In this document: positions 36,680 through 45,809 of the stretch, piece by piece
Position numbering within the stretch: position 1 is the first letter of the stretch
Layout: each line of letters begins with the position of its first letter
NCBI GenBank assembly: GCA_964440935.1
Contig: CAYTTY010000001.1
Location: 80,933 to 144,932, forward strand
Reading direction: 5' to 3'
From: an uncultured Ignavibacteria bacterium
GTDB taxonomy: Bacteria; Zixibacteria; MSB-5A5; WJJR01
DNA: 64,000 bases
Notes under the pieces: generated by a model
Told to the model about the DNA's origin: nothing
The model's database searches: none
The model's input: the letters and a program-made list of their open reading frames with translations, nothing else
Made by a program: the position numbers and the translations under genes

Positions 36680-38353
36680 GTGAGGACTATGAAACAGACA
36701 GCAGACATCTCCGTCCGAATTCGAAATTGCACAACCATGATACTGGCGGTCTTCTGCGTTGTGGGGATAATGACACCTTCGTCAACCCAGGCGTTCAATG
36801 TCGATTCGTGTCATTGGGCGCAGTGGGATACGGTTATTGCTCTGTCACCGGAGCGGCCAGCCGCGCGATTTGGTGTTTATGCCTACCGCACTTTGGCGGT
36901 GGCCCACCCCGAGGTCTACCTGAAGTCGGATTCGTTGTTCGCCGACATCATCGAGCGAATTCCCGGCAGCCGCTCGACCTGGCGTGGCGCCAATCTGCGC
37001 AATGTCGAAATCTTCCGGCGCGTCCAGACAGGCGAGGCGCGCGGACCCTCCTTCTCGTTTCGGGATTGGGCTCCCACCTTGGACAGCATCGGGGATGCAG
37101 GTCGACTGAACGCGAGCACGTCATGGCTCGATCGACGTCTGCCGTCAGCGGCGGTCCTTTTGCACGGAACAGTGCATCGGCTGTCGACGGCCGAGGCGGC
37201 GATGTTGCGATATACGCAGTATCGTGCGGTCAAGGTACCAGCGGAAAGCCTGTATGTTGTCATTGATACCGCTGGTCGTGGATACCTTGCGAGGAATTCC
37301 GGAGTCGTATCGGTGGAAGCCGGGCACGCCGTCGACGATCCCAAGGCGATTACGCCCGCCCTCGTGTTCAATGAGCATGATGCGTATTATCCGCTTTTCG
37401 GCCGGGATGACCGTGAGAGGTCGCCATCGTTGAAGCGCATGGCCGCGCTCCTTGGCACCGGTCAGGCGCCGGCATTGACCGAGCCGGAGCTCAGACGTGT
37501 CGCCAAACTGCGGGACATCACGGCACTAGACTCTGAGCGGGAGAAGGCGTTGGCTGCCCTCGTAGCGCTGGGCGCCGTCGATGTGAGTCTCCAGCCGATT
37601 GCCGAGGCCTGGCGCCCGGTGACTTCCGATTCCACGTCACTGGCTACTTATGTGGATGGAATGGTGCGCACGACCGTGTACTGGGCCGATCGACTGAGTC
37701 CACACACGGCCGAGCTTGCTGCGCTGGTCACCGGTCCGGACATCGCCCAATTCGCGCCGACTCTCGAAGAGGCATATCTCGGGTTGTGTGGCCGTCCCGT
37801 TGATCCCACCGATTCGACCAACACCGTATACGAAGCCGGTGGGTTTCTCTGGTCGTTTGAGATGATGAATCTGATTCTCGACGATCTCATCCGTTTACGG
37901 ACCGGGCAACCCTCGTCGCAAGCGCTGGCCATGGCGGCGATTCTGGACTGCCGCGATATTGAAAACACACTCGTGGAATTCGCCAATATCGCCGACCGTC
38001 CCGCTCGCAATTGGGTGTTGGCCGCACAGGGACGTTGGCAATTCAATTTGGGGCAGTGGACACATGTCCCCGACAGTGTTTTGACGCGGCGTGCAATGCC
38101 GATCGGTCTCGAGTCGTATGTGGTTGATTCTCGCTATACTGCTATCGAAGCAACACGCGTGATTACCGGGGCAGACGACCTCACCATACTTGAGGAACTG
38201 TCAGATATTCTCACGGTGCTGCCGGCATTCTTCCTGCGTGTACCGTCACCGGAAGGCCGTCAACGCGACATAGACTACTTGATCTTCGATCTCACCAACG
38301 ACAAGATCGATATTGTGCGCTTGCCATGGCCGCAATTCGGTGATGATACCTAG
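36680..38353 (+). CDS. hypothetical secreted protein (no recognisable domain)
   Basis: Long ORF with coding-like GC3 bias. N-terminal hydrophobic signal-like segment (MILAVFCVVGIMTPSSTQA). Wedged between polA and coaE. Confidence 0.5.
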   Translation: MRTMKQTADISVRIRNCTTMILAVFCVVGIMTPSSTQAFNVDSCHWAQWDTVIALSPERPAARFGVYAYRTLAVAHPEVYLKSDSLFADIIERIPGSRSTWRGANLRNVEIFRRVQTGEARGPSFSFRDWAPTLDSIGDAGRLNASTSWLDRRLPSAAVLLHGTVHRLSTAEAAMLRYTQYRAVKVPAESLYVVIDTAGRGYLARNSGVVSVEAGHAVDDPKAITPALVFNEHDAYYPLFGRDDRERSPSLKRMAALLGTGQAPALTEPELRRVAKLRDITALDSEREKALAALVALGAVDVSLQPIAEAWRPVTSDSTSLATYVDGMVRTTVYWADRLSPHTAELAALVTGPDIAQFAPTLEEAYLGLCGRPVDPTDSTNTVYEAGGFLWSFEMMNLILDDLIRLRTGQPSSQALAMAAILDCRDIENTLVEFANIADRPARNWVLAAQGRWQFNLGQWTHVPDSVLTRRAMPIGLESYVVDSRYTAIEATRVITGADDLTILEELSDILTVLPAFFLRVPSPEGRQRDIDYLIFDLTNDKIDIVRLPWPQFGDDT

Positions 38354-38367
38354 CGCAGAATGGGCCG

Positions 38368-39027
38368 ATGCCAACTGTTGACATTCGGATTCACAGGACC
38401 ACGCACGTGACTCACGCACGCTCCGCCGCCACCATCCCCGTTATTGGAGTGACCGGTGGTGTGGGCTCGGGCAAGACACTGGTCGCGCAGTATTTTGCGT
38501 CCTGGGGGGCAGCGCTGGTCAGTGGCGATGAGATTGGCCGATTGGTGCTGGACCATTCACCCACAGTTCGGCGACGTCTGGCCAAAGTTTTCGGGCCCGA
38601 CATATTGAAAGGCGACCAAGTCCGCCGCGATATCCTCGCCGAGCGCGCCTTCGCCAACAACGACTCCGTCCTTAAACTGAATTCAATCGTCCATCCGCCC
38701 CTGATTCGGGAGTTGAACAAGCAAGTGGCCCACTTGCGCCGCGCCGGAGAGTACCCTGCGGTGGTCATCGATGCCGCTCTCCTGGCGGAATGGGGGGGGG
38801 CGCGCATTCACTGGGATGCGCTCGTGGCCGTGTGGGCCCCAATGCGGCTGCGCATGAAGTGGATGCGCAAACGGGGCTGGTCCGACCGGGAGATCCGGGC
38901 GCGCATCCGTCGCCAGATGCCCTGGACCGAGCGTCGCAAGCTCGCCGATTTCATTGTCAAAAACGACTCCTCTTTGACAGTCCTCAAACGACGCGCAAGA
39001 CATTGCTGGGGAAAGATCGTATCATGA
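38368..39027 (+). CDS. coaE: dephospho-CoA kinase
   Basis: P-loop IGVTGGVGSGKT. Start position is uncertain; the canonical N-terminus would begin ~60 nt downstream. Confidence 0.8.
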   Translation: MPTVDIRIHRTTHVTHARSAATIPVIGVTGGVGSGKTLVAQYFASWGAALVSGDEIGRLVLDHSPTVRRRLAKVFGPDILKGDQVRRDILAERAFANNDSVLKLNSIVHPPLIRELNKQVAHLRRAGEYPAVVIDAALLAEWGGARIHWDALVAVWAPMRLRMKWMRKRGWSDREIRARIRRQMPWTERRKLADFIVKNDSSLTVLKRRARHCWGKIVS

Positions 39028-39072
39028 TACAGGCTGTATTCTTACAGCCACCTCACAACGAAAGGGAACCTG

Positions 39073-39957
39073 ATGTCCGGTACGACAGAACGTCACAATC
39101 CCTATCGCCTGAGTCTCGATGAGCTGAACGAGAAAGCGCTCACGATCCGTCGCGACATCATCACGATGCTGATCGAGGCCCAATCGGGACACTCCGGCGG
39201 ATCAATGGGGTTCGCCGATGTGGCAACCGCGCTCTATTTCCACGAATTGGTGTATGATCCCAAGCGGCCCAAATGGCCCGGACGCGACATGTGGTTTTGG
39301 TCGATGGGACACATGACTCCGATTCACTACTCCTCCCTGGCCGAGGCTCGCTTCTTCCCATTGCGCGATCTGATGAAGTTCCGCAAGTTCGACGGGCAAC
39401 TGCAGGGGCATCCGTCGTCGATGGATACACCCGGTGTTGAGGTGTCCTCTGGTTCGCTGGGTCAGGGACTCTCCATTGCGTTCGGCGCAGCCTATGGGTC
39501 TCGGATGGACGGGCACCCGCGCCGCGTTTATGCGTTTTTGTCGGATGGTGAACAGCAGGAAGGTTCAACGTGGGAAGCGGCAATGTCGGCCGGACACTAT
39601 GGTCTCGACAATCTCTGTGCCGTGATTGACTACAATAACATCCAGATCGATGGACACGTCGAAGACATCATGGGCATCGCTCCGCTGGGGGAGAAGTATC
39701 GCGCGTTCCGCTGGAACGTGATTGAAATCGATGGCCACGACATGCAGGCTATTCTCAACGCATTCGACGAAGCCCGTGCCTACAAAGGCAAGCCCACCGT
39801 CATCCTGGCCCGCACCATCATGGGCAAGCCCGTGTCGTTTATGTGGGACAATTTCCAGTGGCATGGCAAACCGCCGAAACCGGAGGAAGGCGACAAAGCC
39901 TTAGCCGAACTGGGCACGACTTACGAGGAATGGTCGCAGCGATTATTGAGCAACTAA
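39073..39957 (+). CDS. transketolase, N-terminal (TPP-binding PP) subunit of a split enzyme
   Basis: GHSGGSMG and GSLGQGL motifs; 294 aa. Immediately followed by the C-terminal subunit gene. Confidence 0.85.
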   Translation: MSGTTERHNPYRLSLDELNEKALTIRRDIITMLIEAQSGHSGGSMGFADVATALYFHELVYDPKRPKWPGRDMWFWSMGHMTPIHYSSLAEARFFPLRDLMKFRKFDGQLQGHPSSMDTPGVEVSSGSLGQGLSIAFGAAYGSRMDGHPRRVYAFLSDGEQQEGSTWEAAMSAGHYGLDNLCAVIDYNNIQIDGHVEDIMGIAPLGEKYRAFRWNVIEIDGHDMQAILNAFDEARAYKGKPTVILARTIMGKPVSFMWDNFQWHGKPPKPEEGDKALAELGTTYEEWSQRLLSN

Positions 39958-39990
39958 CGACGCACCTGTCACACAGATGAGGGCATCATC

Positions 39991-40944
39991 ATGCCGGAAA
40001 TGAAGAAAACACGTGAAGGATTCGGACGCGGACTGGTCGATCTCGGACGGGTCAATCCCGACATCGTGGTGTTGGTCGGCGATCTCACGGATTCGACCAT
40101 GGTAGGCTTTTTCGCGGAAGAATTCCCTGATCGGTTTATTGAAATGGGTGTTGCCGAGCAGAATATGATGAACACCGCGGCCGGTCTGTCGCTCGTCGGC
40201 AAGATTCCGTATCTGGCCACATACGGGGCCTTCGCTACCTGCCGGTGTGCGGATCAAATTCGCGTGACGGTGTGTTACTCGGACCTGAATGTCAAGATTG
40301 GCGGCGCTCACGGCGGCATCTCAGTCGGTCCCGACGGCGCCACGCATCAGGCGATGGAAGAGATTTCGATGATGCGTTCCCTCCCCAATATGAAGGTGAT
40401 CGTCCCGACCGACTTCCACGAGACCCGCAAAGCCACGGTGGCCTCCGCCGATATCTGGGGACCGTTCTACATCCGTTTTGGCCGGGAGAATGTCCCCGTC
40501 GTTACCGATGAAAGCACACCATTTGAATTCGGCAAGGGGCTGGTGATGCGCGACGGTTCCGACGTGGCCATTGTCGCGTGCGGCGTTATGGTTTTTGAAG
40601 CGCTGGAGGCGGCCGAGACATTGGCGCATGAGGGAATCGACGCACGTGTCATCAATCTGCACACGGTCAAACCGATCGATACGGAATTGCTGATCAAAAC
40701 GGCAGAGGAGTGCGGTGCGATTGTCACTGCCGAGGAACATCAGATCAATGGCGGGCTGGGCGGTGCCGTGGCCGAGGTGATTGTCCGCCATTACCCGGTA
40801 CCAATGGAAATGGTCGCGGTGAACGATCGGTTCGGCCAATCCGGAAAACCTGATGAATTGATGACGGCTTTTGGCCTGAAAGCACCCGACGTGGTTCGTG
40901 CGACCAAAGCCGTCTTGAAAAGGAAGTCTGTCAGAGTGTACTGA
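39991..40944 (+). CDS. transketolase, C-terminal (Pyr + C-terminal domain) subunit
   Basis: EMGVAEQNMM motif; 317 aa. Confidence 0.85.
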   Translation: MPEMKKTREGFGRGLVDLGRVNPDIVVLVGDLTDSTMVGFFAEEFPDRFIEMGVAEQNMMNTAAGLSLVGKIPYLATYGAFATCRCADQIRVTVCYSDLNVKIGGAHGGISVGPDGATHQAMEEISMMRSLPNMKVIVPTDFHETRKATVASADIWGPFYIRFGRENVPVVTDESTPFEFGKGLVMRDGSDVAIVACGVMVFEALEAAETLAHEGIDARVINLHTVKPIDTELLIKTAEECGAIVTAEEHQINGGLGGAVAEVIVRHYPVPMEMVAVNDRFGQSGKPDELMTAFGLKAPDVVRATKAVLKRKSVRVY

Positions 40945-40978
40945 GTTATCCATGGTACGTTCGTCCGCAGGAGGACAC

Positions 40979-42172
40979 ATGCTGACCACAGAAAAACCAT
41001 CGACGTTGCGTCTGGCGTCCCGCATGAGCAATCTCGGGACCGAGACTGCTTTTGAGGTATTAGCCAAGGCGCGCGAATTGGAAAGCAAGGGGCGCACCAT
41101 CGTCCATCTGGAAATTGGAGAGCCCGATTTCACCACCCCGCAGCACATCATCGAAGATGCGGTCAATCATCTTCGTGCCGGTGAAACTCACTACGGTCCC
41201 TCGGCGGGATTGCCCGACGTCCGCAAGGCGATTGCCCGCTATGTGTCGGAATCGCGCGGTGTCGATGTTTCGCCGGATCGCGTTGTGGTGACCCCCGGGG
41301 CCAAGCCGATCATGTTCTTTGCCATCCTGGCCCTCATCGAAAACGGCGACGAGGTGATCTACCCGAACCCGGGATTCCCGATCTACGAATCGGCAATTCG
41401 CTTCTTTGGAGGCACACCGGTTCCTATCCCGCTGCGCGAAGAGCACAATTTCCGCCTCGATATCGAAGAACTGATGGGGTTGGTCACGGATCGGACAAAG
41501 CTGATCGTCATTAACTCACCGCAAAACCCGACGGGCGGGATTCTTACCCGCTCGGATCTCGAAGCGATCGGACGCATGGCCGTCGAACGCGACATCTATG
41601 TGCTCTCCGACGAAATCTACAGCCAGATCGTGTATGAAGGTGAATTTCAGAGTATTCTGCACGCTGTGCCGGAGGCACTCGACCATGTCATCCTGCTCGA
41701 TGGTATGTCGAAGACATTCGCCATGACCGGTTGGCGATTGGGCTGGGGCGTGATGCGTCCTGATTTGGCGGCGGCGGTGGCCAAGCTGCAAACCAACAGC
41801 AACTCATGCACCTCAACGTTCTCCCAATTGGTCATTCCGGGCGCATTGTTTGGTCCGCAGGAAGCGGTCAGCGACATGCGACAGGAATTCAAACGGCGCC
41901 GCGATGCCATCGTCGACGGTCTCAATTCGATCGACGGCATCACCTGCAAGAAGCCGGCGGGTGCGTTCTATGTCTTTCCTAACATCAAGGAATTGGGAAT
42001 GACATCGAAGGAGACGGCCGATCGGATCCTCGAAGAGGCCAACGTTGCGGCCCTGGCCGGTACCTCGTTTGGCAAGAATGGGGAGGGCTATATGCGCTTC
42101 TCGTATGCCAATTCGATTGAGAATATTGAAAGCGGTGTTCAACAAATCAAAGACTGGGTTGCCAAACTCTGA
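40979..42172 (+). CDS. class I/II PLP-dependent aminotransferase (aspartate/aromatic aminotransferase family)
   Basis: ATG 40979 has an AGGAGGA Shine-Dalgarno; the track starts at 40952. Motifs EIGEPDF, NPxNPTG, SKTFAMTGWRLG (PLP lysine) and conserved Arg near the C-terminus. Confidence 0.85.
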   Translation: MLTTEKPSTLRLASRMSNLGTETAFEVLAKARELESKGRTIVHLEIGEPDFTTPQHIIEDAVNHLRAGETHYGPSAGLPDVRKAIARYVSESRGVDVSPDRVVVTPGAKPIMFFAILALIENGDEVIYPNPGFPIYESAIRFFGGTPVPIPLREEHNFRLDIEELMGLVTDRTKLIVINSPQNPTGGILTRSDLEAIGRMAVERDIYVLSDEIYSQIVYEGEFQSILHAVPEALDHVILLDGMSKTFAMTGWRLGWGVMRPDLAAAVAKLQTNSNSCTSTFSQLVIPGALFGPQEAVSDMRQEFKRRRDAIVDGLNSIDGITCKKPAGAFYVFPNIKELGMTSKETADRILEEANVAALAGTSFGKNGEGYMRFSYANSIENIESGVQQIKDWVAKL

Positions 42173-42199
42173 TCAATTCATTTCTTCAATAACCGTCTG

Positions 42200-42236
42200 G
42201 AGCCCCCGTCTGCATTATTATTGGCAGCGGGGGCTT
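42200..42236 (+). terminator. hairpin downstream of aminotransferase (possible terminator)
   Basis: AGCCCCCGTCTGC...GCAGCGGGGGCT stem-loop; weak U-tract. Confidence 0.4.
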
Positions 42237-42768
42237 CGTCATGACGATAGATAGATCTGCCGTTCTTCACTGATTTCGACAGACCCCACATCCCCGATCC
42301 GTTGAATAGCAACTCGTTGACTGGCAACGCGATGCGAGTCAGTGCGGTGCTGTCGTCGGGCTATTGTGCAGGTGTACAAACCCTTCAACGCGGCGGAGAG
42401 GGGAAGGATACATGTTAAAGAATCAGCCAATCTGTCGAAGACGTTGATAGGTGTTCTCTTTTGGAACACAGGGGTTAGTGTGTGAACAGATGTGGAGGGA
42501 GGCGGACGCCGTGGCACCCCGGATGCGTTGTACTGGACCGTTAGTTTCTGCTCCGAAATCACTTGGTGCCAAAAAAAGTGTGTCGAATTTCCTTGACGAA
42601 TTGCCTCCACGGTATCACCGTTCGACCAGCGGACTAGGTCCAGGGGGGACCTATGGGAAGCAACGAATGGATGCGTTGCGATGACCCGGGTAGTCAACCG
42701 CTTCATCACAGCCAGGAATTAAGACAACTCAATAGAGCAACGCTCACTCTTCAGTAAGGAGGGGACAC

Positions 42769-45750
42769 TTGCGTGCATGGATCAAACGCGGGTGGATAGC
42801 CTGCTTGTTGGTGGTCTGCATGGCGTTGGTGGCCAATGCAGCGACCACTGGCAAGATCACGGGTGTCGTCACCGACAAGGCAACCGGTGAACCGATTCCC
42901 GGCGCGGCTGTCACGATCGAGGGGACCGTGCTCGGTGCTCTCACAGACGATGAGGGTCGCTTCGTGATCCTCAATGTACCGGTCGGCACCCACAGACTGC
43001 GGGCGTCGATTGTCGGCTATCAGCCGATGGTGCTGACGAACGTTGGCGTGTCTGTCGACCTGACGACCTACGAAGACTTCGAACTCTCGGAGCGGGCCGT
43101 CGAAATGGAAGCGGTCACGGTCACGGTGGAACGGCCGATGATCATCCGAGACCAAACGTCCTCATTGCGCATCGTCGGCGAGGAGTTGATTCAGAACTCT
43201 CCAACACGTGGCTACGATGAAATCGTCCAGTTGCAGTCGGGCGTTGTGCGCTATTCGGACAACGCGGCCCGGGGCCGCGCGCGGGGTGACCGTGAGAACT
43301 CGGTCAACGGTACACTGCACATTCGTGGCGGCCGGGCCTCCGAGGTGGCTTACTACGTCGATGGATTCTCACAGCAGGATCCGCTGACCGGCATGTCGAC
43401 CGTGAACATCAACCAGAATGCCATCCAGGAAGTGCAGTTGACCACCGGTGGATTCAGTGCCGAGTATGGCAAGATCTCCTCCGGTGTGGTCAATGTGACG
43501 ACCAAGGGCGGTTATGGCACCTCGGGTTACAACGGCGGCTTTGAGGTGGCAACCGACAATCTCGAAGTTGACAAATCCTACGATTACAATTTGTACTCCG
43601 CGCACCTCTCTGGCCCGGTGCTGCCCGACAATGACCGGCTATCTTTCTTTGCCTCGGGCGAACGCCGCTGGCAGGGAGACCGTGCGCCGCGGGCCAACAT
43701 GGAAAACTCGTTCGCCGATCGGCACCGGATGCCGGTGAACTCGCTTTCTGGATGGTCGTATCAGGGGAAGCTCTACTACGACCTGACCAATGACATCCAA
43801 CTGAAGGCCGGCGTGCTCGGTTCGAGAGATGATTGGCGCGAATTCCGGATGGACTACTACTTCGCCCGCGATCATGTCCCGCGTTACGACGACGAGAACA
43901 ACTCGTTGTACGGACAGATTGTCCACAACATCTCACCGAAGACATTCTATACCGCCTCGGTCAATTACTTCCAGACCAAGCGCCTGCGCGGTGACGGTGT
44001 CCATTTCGACAATCTGCTCGAGTATTCGCGTCCCGATGGTCAGACGCGATTCGACGAGTCAACGTTGTTCTGGTTGGGTGATGATCCCGCGACGCCGGAC
44101 TCCTTTGAAGTACGGCCGGTCCACATCGGTGGTACCGACTCGGCGTACGTACGCATGCCGGTCGAAGCGACGGTGATCGATTCTTCCGGTGAAACGGTGG
44201 ATACCATCCGTTATGCCAACGAGGGTCACGTGTGGGATGACTTTCTGAAGCGGAACTCGTCCTATGTCGGATTTGACTTCGACCTGACCAGCCAGGTGCA
44301 CCCGAACCATGAAATCAAAACCGGTCTCGAGTTCCAACGCCACAACCTGAAGTTCTACCAGCATTACTTTCCGACGAACGCGTACTCGGGCCTCGACGGC
44401 GGTGGTTTCCGCGACGCCAACAATTACGGGTACGACAAGTTGGCCAACGAATCCGACACATTGTCAGAAGGCAATGAAGCCCGTACCCCGCTCGAATTCG
44501 CCGGATACATTCAAGACAAGTTCGAGTGGCAGGGGCTGGTGGTCAACGCCGGTATCCGTCTCGACGTGCTCGATGTGAACACGCGTCGCCTGGTGAACGA
44601 TGCGGTGCCGCTCAACGGTGACTCTACACGTGGTAATCCCGAGGTCCTCGATATCGACTCCGACATGGAGCCGGCCGAGGTTCAATACGATATCTCGCCC
44701 CGTCTGGGTATCGGGTTCCCGGTGTCGGATCAGTCGGTCTTCCATTTTTCGTATGGAAAGTTTTTCCAGCGTCCCGACTTGCAGAATCTGTATGTGGCTT
44801 GGGACTACATGGAATACAAGATCCGGGATGGCGGTTACTACGTAGCGTTTGGAAACCCGAACCTGGAGCCGTCCAAGACAACGGCCTATGAAATCGGTTT
44901 TACGACGCAAATCAACGACTACTCGAAGGTGTCCATTACAGCCTATTACAAGGATACCGAGGGCAACACCGAAGTGGTCAATCAGAACGCCGACAGTATC
45001 CTGTCAGAAGGGACCAAGAACTTTGCCACCTACCGCAATGCGGACTTTGCTACGGTTCGCGGTATCGATCTCAGTTACTCCATGCGCCGCATTCGCAACG
45101 TGCAGTTGGATTTGAACTACACACTGGCGTACGCGAAGGGGACCGGCTCTACGGCCAACACCCAGCGGAACGTGGCCTGGCAAAACAAGGAAGCGCCCAG
45201 CCAGTCGGCACCGCTCGCGTTCGACCAGCGGCATCAGTTCTCGGCGATATTGGACATCCGCTCCCGTGACAAGGAAGGCCCGAAACTAGGCGATTTCTAT
45301 CCATTGGAAAACGCCGGTGTCAACCTCGTGTTCAATGCGACTTCGGGAAGGCCATACACGAAGATGGACGTGTTCAATGAAATCACTCTCGGTGCCGTGA
45401 CATCGGTACCGGACGGTTCCATCAATAGCCGGTATGGGCCGTGGATCTATCGCCTCGATATGAAGGCCAATCGCGCCTTTAAGATTGGCCGCCTGAACTT
45501 CGACGCGTACGTGTGGGTGCTCAACCTCCTCGACCGCGACAATGCGCTCGACGTTTACGAAAGTACTGGATTGCCGAACACGACCGGATGGTTGTCGTCC
45601 CCCGATGGGCAGGAATTTCTGAGGACGCAAGGGGACGACGTCGACTACACCGGCGTGTCAAATAGCGAGAAGTATGAAATCAAACAGAACGACCCGAACA
45701 GCTACGACACACCGCGGCAGATTCGGTTCGGTTTGAGGACATTCTTCTAA
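42769..45750 (+). CDS. TonB-dependent outer-membrane receptor with N-terminal carboxypeptidase-regulatory-like (CarbopepD_reg) domain
   Basis: TTG start with an AAGGAGGGG Shine-Dalgarno 4 nt upstream. Signal peptide, then KITGVVTD...GEPIPGAAVTIEG (CarbopepD_reg fold), then plug and barrel. Ends in ...RFGLRTFF with the terminal aromatic typical of OM barrels. 993 aa. Confidence 0.85.
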   Translation: MRAWIKRGWIACLLVVCMALVANAATTGKITGVVTDKATGEPIPGAAVTIEGTVLGALTDDEGRFVILNVPVGTHRLRASIVGYQPMVLTNVGVSVDLTTYEDFELSERAVEMEAVTVTVERPMIIRDQTSSLRIVGEELIQNSPTRGYDEIVQLQSGVVRYSDNAARGRARGDRENSVNGTLHIRGGRASEVAYYVDGFSQQDPLTGMSTVNINQNAIQEVQLTTGGFSAEYGKISSGVVNVTTKGGYGTSGYNGGFEVATDNLEVDKSYDYNLYSAHLSGPVLPDNDRLSFFASGERRWQGDRAPRANMENSFADRHRMPVNSLSGWSYQGKLYYDLTNDIQLKAGVLGSRDDWREFRMDYYFARDHVPRYDDENNSLYGQIVHNISPKTFYTASVNYFQTKRLRGDGVHFDNLLEYSRPDGQTRFDESTLFWLGDDPATPDSFEVRPVHIGGTDSAYVRMPVEATVIDSSGETVDTIRYANEGHVWDDFLKRNSSYVGFDFDLTSQVHPNHEIKTGLEFQRHNLKFYQHYFPTNAYSGLDGGGFRDANNYGYDKLANESDTLSEGNEARTPLEFAGYIQDKFEWQGLVVNAGIRLDVLDVNTRRLVNDAVPLNGDSTRGNPEVLDIDSDMEPAEVQYDISPRLGIGFPVSDQSVFHFSYGKFFQRPDLQNLYVAWDYMEYKIRDGGYYVAFGNPNLEPSKTTAYEIGFTTQINDYSKVSITAYYKDTEGNTEVVNQNADSILSEGTKNFATYRNADFATVRGIDLSYSMRRIRNVQLDLNYTLAYAKGTGSTANTQRNVAWQNKEAPSQSAPLAFDQRHQFSAILDIRSRDKEGPKLGDFYPLENAGVNLVFNATSGRPYTKMDVFNEITLGAVTSVPDGSINSRYGPWIYRLDMKANRAFKIGRLNFDAYVWVLNLLDRDNALDVYESTGLPNTTGWLSSPDGQEFLRTQGDDVDYTGVSNSEKYEIKQNDPNSYDTPRQIRFGLRTFF

Positions 45751-45809
45751 AAGAGAGATGTCGGATGTTGGAGAATATCTCATACGATAGTGTCCATAGG
45801 AGGACGAGT

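Noticed and set aside
42173-42768. Cobalamin or TPP riboswitch ahead of the TonB-dependent receptor
   Set aside because: No B12 box (GCCACTG-like) or TPP CUGAGA core could be found by eye. Left as an unclassified structured leader.
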